Positions 41,701 to 56,868 are shown, counted from the stretch's first letter. The stretch is 64,000 nucleotides of DNA from Eledone cirrhosa (GCA_964016885.1 OZ024742.1:177878001-177942000), one strand, 5' to 3'. The notes: generated from the sequence alone by a model not told the origin. Numbers and translations are program-made.

Positions 41701-42135
41701 GTAAACAATCTACCACATTCTGAGAAATGGTATGAGCATAGGCCAGAGGCGGTGATGGAGAACAGTCAGGTGAAGGTGCTGTGGGATTTTAGGATACAGA
41801 CGGACAAAAAACTGGAACACAATAGACCTGACCTGGTGGTTGTGGACAAAGAAAAAAGATCGTGCCTGATTGTGGATGTGGCCTGCCCGTTCGACACGAG
41901 AGTGCAAGAGAAGGAGAGGGAGAAAATTAACCGATACCTAAAGTGGGAGGTGAAAAGGATTTGGAACTGCCATGAAGTCAAAGTGATCCCGATTGTCATA
42001 GGCGCACTGGGGACTATCTCCAAAGGTTTCCAGGGATGGTTAAAGAAAATCGGCCCCTTCACGCTTTTTGGAACGCTTCAAAAGGCATGCTTGCTTGGAA
42101 CAGCAAGAAGCCTCCGATACGTCCTGAATATCTGA
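38751..42135 (+). pseudogene. R4/Dong-clade single ORF (RT + CCHC + restriction-like endonuclease), copy B, near full length
   Basis: [57 protein letters not shown]; two 1-nt deletions (~40853, ~40958) and a 6-nt deletion (~41938) relative to sister copies; element ends at 42210 in (TAA)n. Confidence 0.95.
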
Positions 42136-42245
42136 GGCTGCAGGTAGTGGCTTGATATTCAATCCAACGGACTTTCCAGTTAACCAACATCAATGACTGA
42201 GATTCAAGGAATAACAATAACAATAATAATAATAATAATAATAAC

Positions 42246-42943
42246 AAAAAACAACCAGAGACCATTGACCATATAATTTCAATGTGCAGTCCTATAGCTC
42301 CAACCGAATACCTAAACATGCATGACAGAGCTGCACAATACATACATTGGATAATGTGTAAGCATTTTGACCTGCCCCATCAAAAGAATTGTTGGGAGCA
42401 TCAACCACCTCCCATACTTGAAAAAGATCACATCTCAATCTTGTGGAACTTTAGCATCCAAACAGACCGAAAAATAGATGCAAACAGACCTGATATAATA
42501 TTGAAAGACTTTCAAAAGAGGGTATGCCTGCTAATTGATATGTCTGTTCCAATAGACAAGAATGTATCTATAAAAACATTTGAAAATTGAACAAGTATAA
42601 GGACCTGGAGAGAGAAATTGGAAAAATGTGGAAATTGAGAACTAAAACAATACCAGTGGTTGTAGGCGCTCTGGGAATGATACCTAAGGGGTCTAATGAT
42701 TACATATCGCAAATCCCAGGAAACCCGCGTATAGGAGAAATACAAAAGATAGTACTAATGGGAACTGCCCATATACTAAGGAAGATTCTGTCAATATAAG
42801 TACATCACAAGTCTAAACACTAAAGATGCATGTGTGAATATGTATGTTCTTTCTTGAACATGGCGGACCTTGTTGTCTCTTGAGGTCACTGGTTGTGACT
42901 TGGTGATAACTTGTATGAACATAAAGCAAGATAAATGCAACTG
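42246..42943 (+). mobile_element. Second R4/Dong family, 5'-truncated, frameshifted
   Basis: ETIDHIISMC..HDRAAQYIHW..RPDIILKD..LLIDMSVP..PVVVGALG; different 3' UTR; TAA flanks. Confidence 0.88.
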
Positions 42944-42972
42944 TAATAATAATAATAATAATGATAATAATA

Positions 42973-43202
42973 ATCCCAGGAAACACGCGTATAGGAGAAA
43001 TATAAAAGATAGTACTAATGGGAACTGCCCATATACTAAGGAAGATTCTGTCAATATAAGTACATCACAAGTCTAAATACTAAAGATGCATGTGTGAGTA
43101 TGTATGTTCTTTCTTGAACATGGCGGACCTTGTTGTCTCTTGAGGTCACTGGTTGTAACTTGGTGATAACTCGTATGAACATAAAGCAAGATAAATGCAA
43201 CT

Positions 43203-43203
<1 letters not shown>
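42973..43203 (+). mobile_element. Second R4/Dong family, additional 3' fragment
   Basis: Near-identical to 42713-42943, between TAA runs. Confidence 0.88.
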
Positions 43204-43263
<60 letters not shown>

Positions 43264-44270
43264 AAACACACATGGTGGAGAATAAGGAAGAAAACGCACA
43301 TGGTGGATATATATCGTTATGGAATCGCTCCCGTAATTTTTTGATTTTTACTTATTTAAAACAACTGTGATAGAATAATTCTTATTACAAATGAAGTATA
43401 AGATTACAGATTTTTACGCTCAGCAAGCCATAACGCATCACTTTACGGCATAGGGCCCCAATATTTATTATTTAATTTTAGATCAGAAATGTTATAGTCG
43501 AAAAAGAGGAAAATGGCAAAATGGCTAAATGGCTAAATGGCCAAGTGGACAGACAGGCAAATAATTTCACCACCAACACCACCAACGCTACCATCACCAC
43601 TACCACGCCAAAAACTCTAGTCAAGTTACCTCAACTTCTATTTCTACTTCAACTTCAACACCATCACTACAGTACTACGATCACATCACCATCATCACTG
43701 CCTCATTATCGCTAGCGCCGCTATTCTCTCCCACTAACTCCTACTAAGTACTACTAGCACAGCACCACCACCACCACCACCACCACTGCCTCATTATCAC
43801 TAACGCCGCTATTCTCTCCCACTACCTCCCGCTAAGACATGCATCGTAGTGTCCCCACTAAAAGAGGAAGGCATCAAAAGATATAAATAGACTGATTTGA
43901 TGACCCGGTCAAAAAATCAAAAAAGCAAAAATCAAAATCAAAACAGCACAGCAACAACGAACAACGTAAAGAAAATAAAAATAAAAAGAAAAACAAACAG
44001 ACAGACAGAGAAGAAAAAAAAAACTAAGTCAGACATTCAAACATTACACTACAATGAAACTTATGCTTATTCTTTTGGGTTTTTTTTTTACCTATTTGTT
44101 TGTTTGTTTATTTATATTCGTATACAGCGTGATAGTGCCACACTAAAATCACCGGGGGTGATGAAATCACCGGAGGTGCTGAAATCACAGGTGGTTATGT
44201 AACCATACATTCACCAATCCTCGATAAGAGTGTTTAAATGTCGAACCTAAACAGTTCGAATAACGGTGAA

Positions 44271-47200
44271 GTGGAGACTGGAATGTCATGTGACAGAATC
44301 TCATCCAGCAGGTACTCCCTGGCTCAGCAGCAGGGACCTGGCTGTTAACCAAGTACTGCTGGTGTCGGAGGAAGGAGAAGAAGGAAAGGGACAAGAACCA
44401 ACTGGACGAAAGATTTGAATAGAACTGTTATGCAATGTTACCTGAAGAGTAACCCCAAGGCTATAGGAAACGGATGCATAACATCTGGAGTGAGATTGGT
44501 CTATTTAAATTAGATGAACAAAAATTGGCCGGGCAGGCTCGGGTAATAAGAACTAATGGGTGGATAAGCGAGCTGGAACTGCAGGAACTGAGCAGAGAGA
44601 TTCGGTTGGAAATGGAGAGTGGAGTATGCCAGGCAAACGAGCCAATGGGAAATGAAGGTGAAGAGGTTGAGAGACCGGAGGAACCACCCGAAGCAGATAA
44701 TGATCTGAATGCTGAAATAAATAATACTTGGAACAAAAATACGGCCATTGAGGAGATGAATGCTGACGGGCTAGGACAAGATTTGGTTGATATCCTAAAC
44801 TTAGTGGTAGATGAATTGAACAATGATAGTGGGAAACCTATGAACCTAAGATTTGTAGACAGGAAAAAGTTAAAAGAAACAACAGCGAAGGTAAACAAAG
44901 TCATCCATACCTTGAGGCGAGGAGCCTTCACCAGTCCAAAAATATCCTCAAAGCAACAGCAAATGCGGTGAGGAAATTACTTGGCATAAAAGCGAGAGGA
45001 AACAACAAACAAGAAAGATCAGAACCTTGGTGGAAGAAACGACTGAATGGTCAAATCGGGGAAATGAGAAATGACATTGGAAAGCTTTAGTCCCTACTGA
45101 ATGGGACATTACAAAACATAGACACTAAAGATAGATTGGAAATAAAGTAAAGAAACTAGGCGGAAAAGCTAAATATTATCATAGAGGAACTAAAGCAACG
45201 CATTGTAGCAAAACGTGAAAAGATTAGGCGGTATGAGAGCAGAGTCAGTCAGTATAGACAGAACCGCATGTTTGACAACAACAACAAGATATTGTTTGGA
45301 CAGCTGGAAGAGAAAAAAAGAGGCAGCGACTTGATCCCTGAGGAGGAACAAACTAAGACATTCTGGAGAGGAATATGGGAGCAGGATGTTACACATAATG
45401 ACCAGGCAGTGTGGATTGAGACAGTACAAAAAGAGATTAATGAACAGGCAAACCAACAAACTGATTTGAGTATCACAGTTGAAACTCTTAAGGGGCAGGC
45501 CAAAAAACTAACCAACTGGAAATCACCAGGCCCAGATGGTGTGCAGGGGTATTGGATTAAAAATATAACATCCCTCCACCCGAAACTGACAACCATGTTC
45601 AATGACTGCTTGATGTCAGGTGAGGTACCAGTGTGGTTGACAAAAGGTACCACAGTTCTGATAATGAAAGACCGAATCAAGGGTAATGATGTTACCAACT
45701 ATAGACCTATCACATGTCTGTCCGTAATGTGGAAACTGAGGAAATCTACCATCACCTCCACACAAACAACTTGTTACCGGACGAACAGAAAGGATGCCGA
45801 AAGAAGTCACGTGGTACAAAGGACCAGTTACTTATTGATAAGATGTTAATGGGGAATTGCAGGAGGAGACACACTGATCTTGCCATGGGATGGATAGACT
45901 ACAGAAAGGCATTTGACATGGTGCCTCATTCTTGGATCACCAAAAGCCTGGATATCTTCAGGGTGGCAGATAACATCAGACAGTTGCTAGGCAGGAGTAT
46001 GGGGTCCTGGGAGACAGAGTTGACATCAACTGGAGTATCCTTGGGAAGCGTGAAGATCAAGAGAGGTATCTTCCAGGGATATAGCCTGTCCCCTCTGTTG
46101 TTTGTCCTTGCCCTGATGCCCTTGACCATTATGCTGCGAAAAGTGAGAGCAGGATACAAGTTGGGAAGGGGAGAGCTTACCATCAATCACCTCCTCTTCA
46201 TGGACGATCTTAAGCTCTTCGGGAAAAGTGAGAAGGAGTTGGATGTGCTTGTTGACACTGTCCGTATTTTCAGAAGTGATATATGTATGCAGTTTGGTAT
46301 TGGTAAATGTGGAGTCATTGTGATGAAAAGGGGTAGGTTGAGCAGAAGTAACGGGATCCAGATACCAACAGGTGAGATGATAAAGGAAATTGACTCTGAG
46401 GAAGGATACAAGTATTTGGGCGTTCTGGAGGCTGATGGCATAAAGAACAAAAAAATGAAGGAATTGTTAAGAACTGAATACATTCGGAGAGTAAGGAGCG
46501 TATTGAAGTCACATCTGAACAGCAGAAATGCCATAAGCGCAGTAAATTCCCGAGCTGTGTCTATTATTAGGTACAGTGCGGGAATTCTGAGATGGAATGT
46601 TGCTGAACAAAAAGAAATGGATAGGAAGACTAGGAAGCTATTGACTATCTACAACATGTTCCACAAGAGGAGTGATGTCGATAGACTCTACCTAAGGAGA
46701 TCTGAGTGTGGAAGAGGTCTTATCAGCATAGAGGACTGTGTTCAGATGGAGAAAAACAACCTATACAAATACGTGACCTATAGTAAGGAGCCAATGCTCA
46801 GAACTGTACTGAAGGAGGGGACAGTAGGCCAGGGGATGTCCAAGGAGGAAATAACATCAAGGAGGAAGAGCAGCCTTAAGGGAAAATCCCTTCATAGTAC
46901 CTTCTTTGAGAAAACTGAATTTAGAGATCCACAGACATGGAACTGGTTGAGAAGAGGAGACCTCAAAAAGGCTACAGAAGGAATGCTAATGGCTGCGCAG
47001 GAGCAGGCCCTCAAAACGAAGTGGTTGAAGCACCATATTTACAAGGAGGAGGCTAGCCCACTGTGCAGGATCTGTGGAGAGAGAGATGAGACTGTGGCTC
47101 ACATTGTGTCCAAGTGTAAACACCTAGCCCAGACCCACTATAAGGGCTGGAGACACGATGTGATGGGCAGGGTGATCCACTGGCACCTGTGCAAAGTAAA

Positions 47201-47556
47201 CAATTTACCACATTCTGAGAAATGGTATGAGCATAGGCCAGAGGCGGTGATGGAGAACAATCAGGTGAAGGTGCTGTGGGATTTTAGGATACAGACGGAC
47301 AAAAAACTGGAACTGCCATGAAGTCAAAGTGATCCCGATTGTCATAGGCGCACTGGGGACTATCTCCAAAAGTTTCCAGGGATGGTTAAAGAAAATCGGC
47401 CCCTTCACGCTTTTTGGAACGCTTCAAAAGGCATGCTTGCTTGGAACAGCAAGAACCCTCCGATACGTCCTGAATATCTGAGGCTGCAGGTAGTGGCTCG
47501 ATATTCAATCCAACGGACTTTCCAGTTAACCAACATCAATGACTGAGATTCAAGGA
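44271..47556 (+). pseudogene. R4/Dong-clade element, copy C, near full length, disrupted
   Basis: Collinear with copy B; frameshifts, a stop and a ~156 bp deletion of the endonuclease core near 47313; ends in (TAA)n(GAA)n. Confidence 0.93.
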
Positions 47557-47561
47557 ATAAC

Positions 47562-47644
<83 letters not shown>

Positions 47645-47650
47645 TAACAA

Positions 47651-47681
<31 letters not shown>

Positions 47682-48339
47682 AAGAAGAAGAAGAAGAAGA
47701 AGAAGAAGAACTTAAACACAATGACACCACCAACACGAGCAACAACAAAACCAACATTGAAGCCACCACCACCACCGCGAACAACAACAATATCACCACC
47801 CAACAACCAAGAGCAACAGCAATAAGACACACCACGACCAACTACCACACTAATGATGACACTATCAACACCACCAACTACATCAACAACAATAAACATT
47901 CTTTCTTCGATATGTCGGGCATATTTATGGAATTTCGCTCTCAGATGTAATTTCACAAGTCAGTAATATATATTTTTCTAAAAACATTTATTACAGAGAA
48001 GCAAGAATAGACTAACTAAAATATTGGCAGGAAGAAAGAAAGAAAAATCAAATAATTTCCAAAGAACATATAAATGTGATTTCTGTTGATGGAACAGACA
48101 TTGGCAAAAAATTATTGCTCCTCACTGATGGTGTTATTCTACTGGGAATCATGTATATTTCTTTAAATAACACCATATTAAAACCTTTCACATTTTGTTT
48201 TCACTAATGTATCTTTAGTAGAGGCTTAACCTACATTTTATTACTGTTGTCGATGTTGGTTATTGTTTAGTTATAGGGCAACTACGACTGAATTGTCATA
48301 CGGTCTAAGAAATTGGAGCTACGATCAGATAGTCATTGT

Positions 48340-48545
48340 TTTTCACACATGGTTGAGTCATCATCTGTTTCACTCACCGGGATGTCCAACTGGCGTATGT
48401 ATGTAACAAGAATATACCCGAGGAATTTGTATAGAGTATCTGACCACACAATTTCACTCACAAAACTAGGGTCGATCCGAGGCTGTGATGAAGGTACTTG
48501 CCTAATATGCCCACGCAGTGAGATTGAATCTTGGACCTTATAAAT
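48340..48545 (-). mobile_element. Degenerate tRNA-derived SINE (family C)
   Basis: gtacttgcctaatatgcccacgcagtgagattgaatc reads as a B box plus ggcaagt core on the minus strand. Confidence 0.45.
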
Positions 48546-49357
48546 GCAGACATTTTGTCATACATAGATAGGGAATCAATAAATGCTTGTACACAATAAA
48601 TTCATCCTTTTTGAGGCAATAGTTTAATGAAGACTTCACTAATATTTCTAGCAGGTTGATTAACCACGGAGAAGTCTCCTCATCATTCTATGCGAAATCT
48701 GACTGAGAAAACCTATGATAAAAATCATTCCAATCAAGACCAAACTGTCTCGTGAAAGACATAGTGCAGGTAGGACTGCACATTTACAATGTATTCTTCA
48801 TTTTTTTTAATGGTAACGGGTAGGTTGAAGCAAATGTTTTTAAAGAGCTGTTAATCTAACATTTAGACAAAAAGTGTAGCTGTTAAAAGTAGAATCAGAC
48901 TTGAAAAAATAAAAAACTCGCGTTGATATGCTCTTCTAAAAACGTTTAAAGCCGGTGCTCCAACATGAGCGACTCGAATCTCTGAAACAGCAGTAAAAGA
49001 CTGAATGAATATGAGAATACAAATTGAAAACACAAGAGATTGTAAACACGGCAAATTCTGATTCTGTTGAAGGGACAGACAATTGAAAAATTACACATCA
49101 CTTTTGCTTGACAAGTAAAATAAAGTTCCGGAGAATCAGAGTAATTTGAATAACAAGACTGAAACGATTTCTATCAAAACACTGACTTTGGTCATCATTT
49201 GGCAGGAAGTGACTGTGTACAGAGATTATCTTTTCAAAATGAAGATTTTCTCTGTAATCCAGCTTTCTTACTGATTGATTATACCAAAATGGGGCTTCGA
49301 ATTTTGATATATCTGTATATATCTGTATATATCTGTTTATATCTGTATACCTATCAA

Positions 49358-49404
<47 letters not shown>

Positions 49405-49780
49405 GGCGAAGGGGAGGAGGACAAAGACAGGGAGACAAAGATGAAGAGAATGAGAGAGGGAGGCAGAGAGATGATGCACTGAATGTATTATGAATAACTA
49501 CAACGTCGTCGGAGTATAAGAATAATTCCTGATAGCGTTATATAATGTATGAAACGAGTCGATATGAGAGAAGGCGGGCAAGTGAATGAAAAATTGGAGA
49601 GAAATGAGAATACTTAATATTTGCGGCTTTCATATTTTTCTCGATTGACCAGTCATGTGCAAATCGCTTTTGTGGAAAATTCAAGTAATGATGCTTGATA
49701 AAATAAAATTTGAAGTCATTTAATATGCACACAAATATATAGAAACTTCATCATATGTTTACATATATTCATATATTGAC

Positions 49781-49799
49781 ATTTATCTTAAACTTATAC

Positions 49800-49853
<54 letters not shown>

Positions 49854-49962
49854 TGTGTATATCTATCTATCTACATATATATGTATATATGTAGATAGAT
49901 AGATATATACAGAATATATATATATATATATATATATACATCAGTATAAGTTTAAGATAAAT
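49781..49962. repeat. Nested palindrome containing two (TA)n runs
   Basis: atttatcttaaacttatactgatg-(TA)n-inner hairpin-(TA)n-catcagtataagtttaagataaat. Confidence 0.88.
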
Positions 49963-50308
49963 ATATATACATATATATATATATATGTATGTATATATAT
50001 ATACATACATATGCATATATATTTTATATATATCTATATATGACTATATATATATATATAGTCATACTTGGATATGTATGCCTGGATATGTATGCTCGGA
50101 TATGTATACTTGGATATGTATGCCTGGGTGTATTTATGTCTGTGTGTATGAATATGAGAGAGAGAGAGGGAGGAGGGAGAAATAGCTATATAGATAGAAA
50201 GATAGAGATGGAGAGAGAGGGGGGGAGACCAACATAAATAATAAGGCAACAAATATATATATATTTCACTGAACAACACTAAACAATAAATTCCGATAAA
50301 GGAAAAAC

Positions 50309-50339
<31 letters not shown>

Positions 50340-50985
50340 GCAATAACAACAACCTGCGGCTGTTGCTAAAAAAAAAAAATAATATTAACGAAAGAATATA
50401 TACATAAACTATATAAAGAGAGAGAAACATCAAATATATAAAATATATAAACAGATAGAAATAACGAATGCATAAAATATATGAAGACAGAGAAATAACG
50501 AATGTTCTAAACGAATCATATGTGAAGACAATAAGGTATCAGGAAAAAATGTCTTCAAGTGCATTTAGGCACTAAATAGAGAATAAAAAGCTTCAAGAAA
50601 TACAAGAGTTTCAATAAAAAGGAAATACTTTAGTTCAAACATTGACAAAACTAATATATATAATTCAATTCTTTTGATGGGAAAAATTGCTCAAGAATGT
50701 ATTTCTAGGTTAGAAACGAAAAGAGATAGAAAAATGATATATATATATATGTGTATAATATATATGTTTATAATACATTATGTGTGTGTGTGTATGTATG
50801 TGTGTGTATACATATATATGCTCACAAACACACGAATTTATATATATATATATAAATGTATGTATATATACATACACATATATATATACATACACACATA
50901 TATAAACACATGTACATAAATATATTTATATGCTCACAAACGCACACATTTATATATATATGCATATATATATATATGTACATAA

Positions 50986-51061
<76 letters not shown>

Positions 51062-51246
51062 GTAAGAATGTAAAATGAGAAAATGCTACAAAAATATGAT
51101 AAAAACTTATATGAATATTGATGTTGATTTTCAATATTCATCAACTATTGTGTGTGGGCATATACGTATATGTGGGAAAGAGAGAGGGGGAAATATGTAG
51201 AAACGAACACTTATTCATATATATATATATATATATATATACATAA

Positions 51247-51293
<47 letters not shown>

Positions 51294-51331
51294 GATACAT
51301 AAATATATATATGTATATATATATATGTATG

Positions 51332-51406
<75 letters not shown>

Positions 51407-51441
51407 ATATATATACATACATATATATATATATGTATATA

Positions 51442-51971
<530 letters not shown>

Positions 51972-51986
51972 CATACATATATATAT

Positions 51987-52019
<33 letters not shown>

Positions 52020-52410
52020 CGTATATGGGTGTGTGCAAATACGTATGCATACATGCATATATAAACATATGTCTATATATATATATAGAGAGAGAGAGAG
52101 AGAAAGAGAGGGGGGGAGAGAGACAGAGTGAGAAAGAGGAGAGGAGAGAAAGAAAGAGATGATAAAGAATGGTTTTTGCCTGAGGCAACAGAAAGTGACG
52201 AAACTTAAATATGTTACTCAATAAATTAAGGTGAGTGTACATAATGTGTTTCAAATAGAGATGACTCTTACAGAATTAATACTGTTTCATTGTTTTGAAA
52301 CCTAAACATGCAGCTTCACAGTCTCTGTCACTTTTCTAATATACATTTCTGTACTCTACCGACTGTTGTTGATTGTTCATTCAATTAATTTTTTTTTTAT
52401 TTTTATTTTT

Positions 52411-52580
52411 TAGGCACAAGGCCAGCAATTCACCAGTACATTACTGGTACTTTATTTTATCGACCCCGTAAGGATGAAAGGCAAATTTAACCTCGGCCGG
52501 ATTTGAACTCAGATCATAAAGGGACGTAACTATGCTGGAAAGCATGTCCGACCCTCTACTGATACTGCCAATTCACCGGC
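52411..52580 (-). mobile_element. SINE A with poly(A)-like tail and ~18 bp TSD
   Basis: attgttcattcaattaat on both sides; T-rich run adjoining the 3' end. Confidence 0.85.
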
Positions 52581-52684
52581 CATTGTTCATTCAATTAATG
52601 TTTGAATATTTATACTGGGGTCGCCTGAAAATCTCATAATCTGAATATGAAATATGAAACTGAAATATTGCATGCATAATTTTA

Positions 52685-52872
52685 ATTGTTTCTACTTTAG
52701 GCACAAGGCCAGCAATTACCCAGTGCATTACTGGTACTTTATTTTATCGACCCCGTAAGGATGAAAGGCAAAGTCAACCTCGGCGGGATTTGAACTCAGA
52801 TCGTAAAGGGACGTAACTATGCTGGAAAGCATGGCGTCAAACCCTCTACCGATACTGCCAATCCACCGCCCT
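52685..52872 (-). mobile_element. Full-length SINE A
   Basis: Minus strand ggcggtggattggcagtatcggtag...gagttcaaatcccgcc...gtgcctaaagtagaaacaatta. Confidence 0.9.
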
Positions 52873-52984
52873 AATTGGTGTAAATAATGAAGAGAAGTGG
52901 GGCCCGATGTTGTGTTTTGTGTGACAACGCCACAGATTTGGGCTAAGATTAATCGTATTCTTTCTCTCTCTCTCTCTCTAACGA

Positions 52985-53123
52985 AGGAAATGTGGTAAGA
53001 AACCAGGTGGACCATAACGCACCAAAGTACTCAATACTTAGGGTAGTAGAGTGGGTAATAGGAACCAGTAAGACCCCGACGGCTGAGCTCAAACCGTTTC
53101 GACGGGGTCTTACTGGTTCCTAT
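52985..53123 (-). mobile_element. Miniature fold-back PLE-like insertion with the 3' half of a hammerhead
   Basis: 21-bp arms 53058-53078/53103-53123; minus strand reads GAA-ACGGTTTGAGCTCAGCCGT-C-ggggtc, then tail; related remnant at ~53841-53872. Confidence 0.65.
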
Positions 53124-53174
53124 ATATATATATATATATATATATACTTTTTCCTATATATATATATATATAGG

Positions 53175-53240
53175 AAAGGGACGTAACTATGCTGGAAAGC
53201 ATGGCGTCCGACCCTGTACCGATACTGCCAATCCACCGCC
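53175..53240 (-). mobile_element. SINE A head fragment
   Basis: aaagggacgtaactatgctggaaagcatggcgtccgacc...ccaccgcc. Confidence 0.85.
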
Positions 53241-53694
53241 GCATAATTTTAATACTTCTTATTAATAACTGCATTGTTTCTTTCCGGGGACTATGTTGTA
53301 AAATATACCTCATTTGTTCAATCCATTAGAGTATCTTGATCAACCGATGAACTTTTCAGTTGTCCCTCATATAGTCTAAAGTCTAAAGTCTAAAGTCTGT
53401 CTTATGCCAGAGGGCTCATTTGGCCGGTGATTATCCCTGTTTTATGGCGTGAAGCGACTGAGTGTACAAGACATCAATACAAGACACGTTAATGGGTACC
53501 ATTTATTTATACCTGTACTCGAATTTCGGTCACACATAATGCAGCAACAGAGCGTACAGCGTCTATTGTCTGAATTTATTATGCACCAATGCATTTATAT
53601 TCATATATATATATATATATATGAAATACTGTTGGCTTGTTGCTACAATAATTTCTATATCTTTCATTTATATATATATATATAAGATTCGTGT

Positions 53695-53733
<39 letters not shown>

Positions 53734-53780
53734 TGTGTGTGTGTGTGCGCGTGTGTGCGTGTGGGTGTGGGTGTGGGTGT

Positions 53781-53820
<40 letters not shown>

Positions 53821-54838
53821 ATATAGTTCGGAGCTAGCTGTCGAAACTGCCGGAGTTCAGCCGTTGGGGTTCCTCAATCTTTTCATATATATATACACAA
53901 ATATATATATATATACATACATATATATATATAGAGAGAGAGAGATAGGTGGAAAGAGAGAGGAAAAGAGGCAGCGTCCTGACAGAGCGTGTCGATCTCT
54001 GTCCAATTCAAAGAAGAGCTGATTTCGTTATGAGAAATTGAGAGCGATGAAGTAAGAATCGATCCCAGTATTTGTATATTTATAGGTCTACTAGAGATAA
54101 ATTACCTCTTTTCTACTCCATGTCTGCTCAGCATGGATCCATACTTCAAAATGATAAGATAGAGCCTACAATCACATGCTAAGAGTGGCCTTCAATGTCA
54201 CTTGGAGAAATTGTCTGACCAATGAGCAACTGGATTAGAACCTTCGTCCAGTATCAGACATTATCAAAGAGCATAGAGTCAGATTCACAGGGCATTGCAG
54301 GAGAGCCAAAGACGAAATTATTAGGGAAATTCTTTTGCAGGAGCCTACAAAAGGAAGAGCTAGCACAGGACGAGAAATCAAGGACTTTATCAAGCAGATT
54401 TGTGACAACATAAACTATAATCCCTCTAACCTACTGAATATGATGAACTTATAAAATTATAAGTTTGAAGAATAGTCAGTCAACATTTATCCAATTTTTT
54501 CTTCTTAGTCCGTAGAAATTAACTAGATAAATAATCGTTTAAACAGAGTTGAGTTTAAAATGTTACTTTGAAGAAATAACAGATAAATGTTTTCTATATT
54601 CCTTTATGGGGAACAGTCAGATAAAATTAACCTAATCTTTCCTCTTAGTCCGTAGAAATCAACTAGATAAATAATCATTTAAATGGAGCTAAGTCTAAAA
54701 TGTAAGTTTGAAGAAAAAAATAGATAAACGTTACCAAAAATTCTCTCAGCCTGAACTATCGATAGTTTCGCTCGCATTTTGTGGAAATATCTAATCATTG
54801 CATTATCCATTTATCCATATCATATATATGTGTATATA

Positions 54839-54903
<65 letters not shown>

Positions 54904-55226
54904 ATTATTATTCCACAATGCTTCAAGCAAACTTCAATACTCTCATATATAAGATATATAGATATATGTATGTATGAGTATGTATATATATATTATCATA
55001 TATATATATATAGATATATGAATATTTAAATATATATATATATATGGGTATGTGGGTGTTTATGTATACGCATTTGTTTATGTCCTATGTATGTATATTT
55101 ACAGAAATTCAGATAAAATCAACGTTTCCCTTTCTATATACATCTATGGAAATCTCTTTCTTTTTGTTTTTTTCTGCCTGCCTTGCAGTCCATACCTTTT
55201 CCATTCTCACTACTATTTTTTCACCG

Positions 55227-55263
<37 letters not shown>

Positions 55264-55319
55264 CACATATATATATACATATACATATGCATATATAAAT
55301 ATATATTTATATGTCCATA

Positions 55320-55765
<446 letters not shown>

Positions 55766-56019
55766 TATCTATGTCTCTCTCTCTCTCATTTTCGACAATC
55801 TTTCTCTTTCTCCTTCCTTGTTCTCTTTTCTCATTCAACTACTTAACATTTCCTGTAAACTCACTATCTATCTCACAATGTATTCATACAGAAGCTACAA
55901 AGGTTATATTTTCAGGCTCACGCACACACAATATATACAAATGAAATCTATATATATGAGTGGATTATGCATACCATATATATACATATATATATATGTG
56001 TGTATATATGTATGTATAC

Positions 56020-56053
<34 letters not shown>

Positions 56054-56157
56054 GGACATATAAATATATATTTATATATGCATATGTATATGTATATATA
56101 TATATATGTGTGCGTGTGTTTCTGGGTATAACGTGCATATATATATATATGTGTATG

Positions 56158-56260
<103 letters not shown>

Positions 56261-56868
56261 GTAGACACACATCCATGCATACACACACATGCTTACTCAC
56301 ACACATACATACACGCATATATACATACATACATACATAATATGTTTTAATGTGTGTATATGTTATGATATATTTGGTCATAATGTCATTTCCCATTCAT
56401 AAAAAAAATACACCAAAAACAATAAGAATGATTGTACATGACTATTTCTCATAATGTAAAATATATTAATATTTTATAGAAAGAAGGAAATACCGTTCAC
56501 AATTATCATCATATATTGTTGAATATTTTATAGTTATTGTATTTTTTATAAATATTGAAACTTTATTTATAATTGCTTCTATTCTTGTTGTCTGCCTCTC
56601 TTTTCCTTATCAACTTTCAGCAACTTCGAAATATAATATTTGCTGTGTATTTCTCCTTGTATTAAATGCATGGATATTATTAGAAAAAAGAAAACTAACC
56701 ATTAAACTTTGCTGAATACATTTTTCATTTCATCAGAAATAGTTTTTGTTCATAGCTTTAATTTTTTTCAAGTTGTTTCTAGTGTCAGCCGTACTATTTG
56801 TGGCCACGCCTGGGCAATAATTTCAAGATTACAGAGCATATTATAGACACACGCATACATACATGCAT

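Noticed and set aside
52780-52872. tRNA gene
   Set aside because: The A/B boxes belong to a multicopy SINE head; no complete cloverleaf
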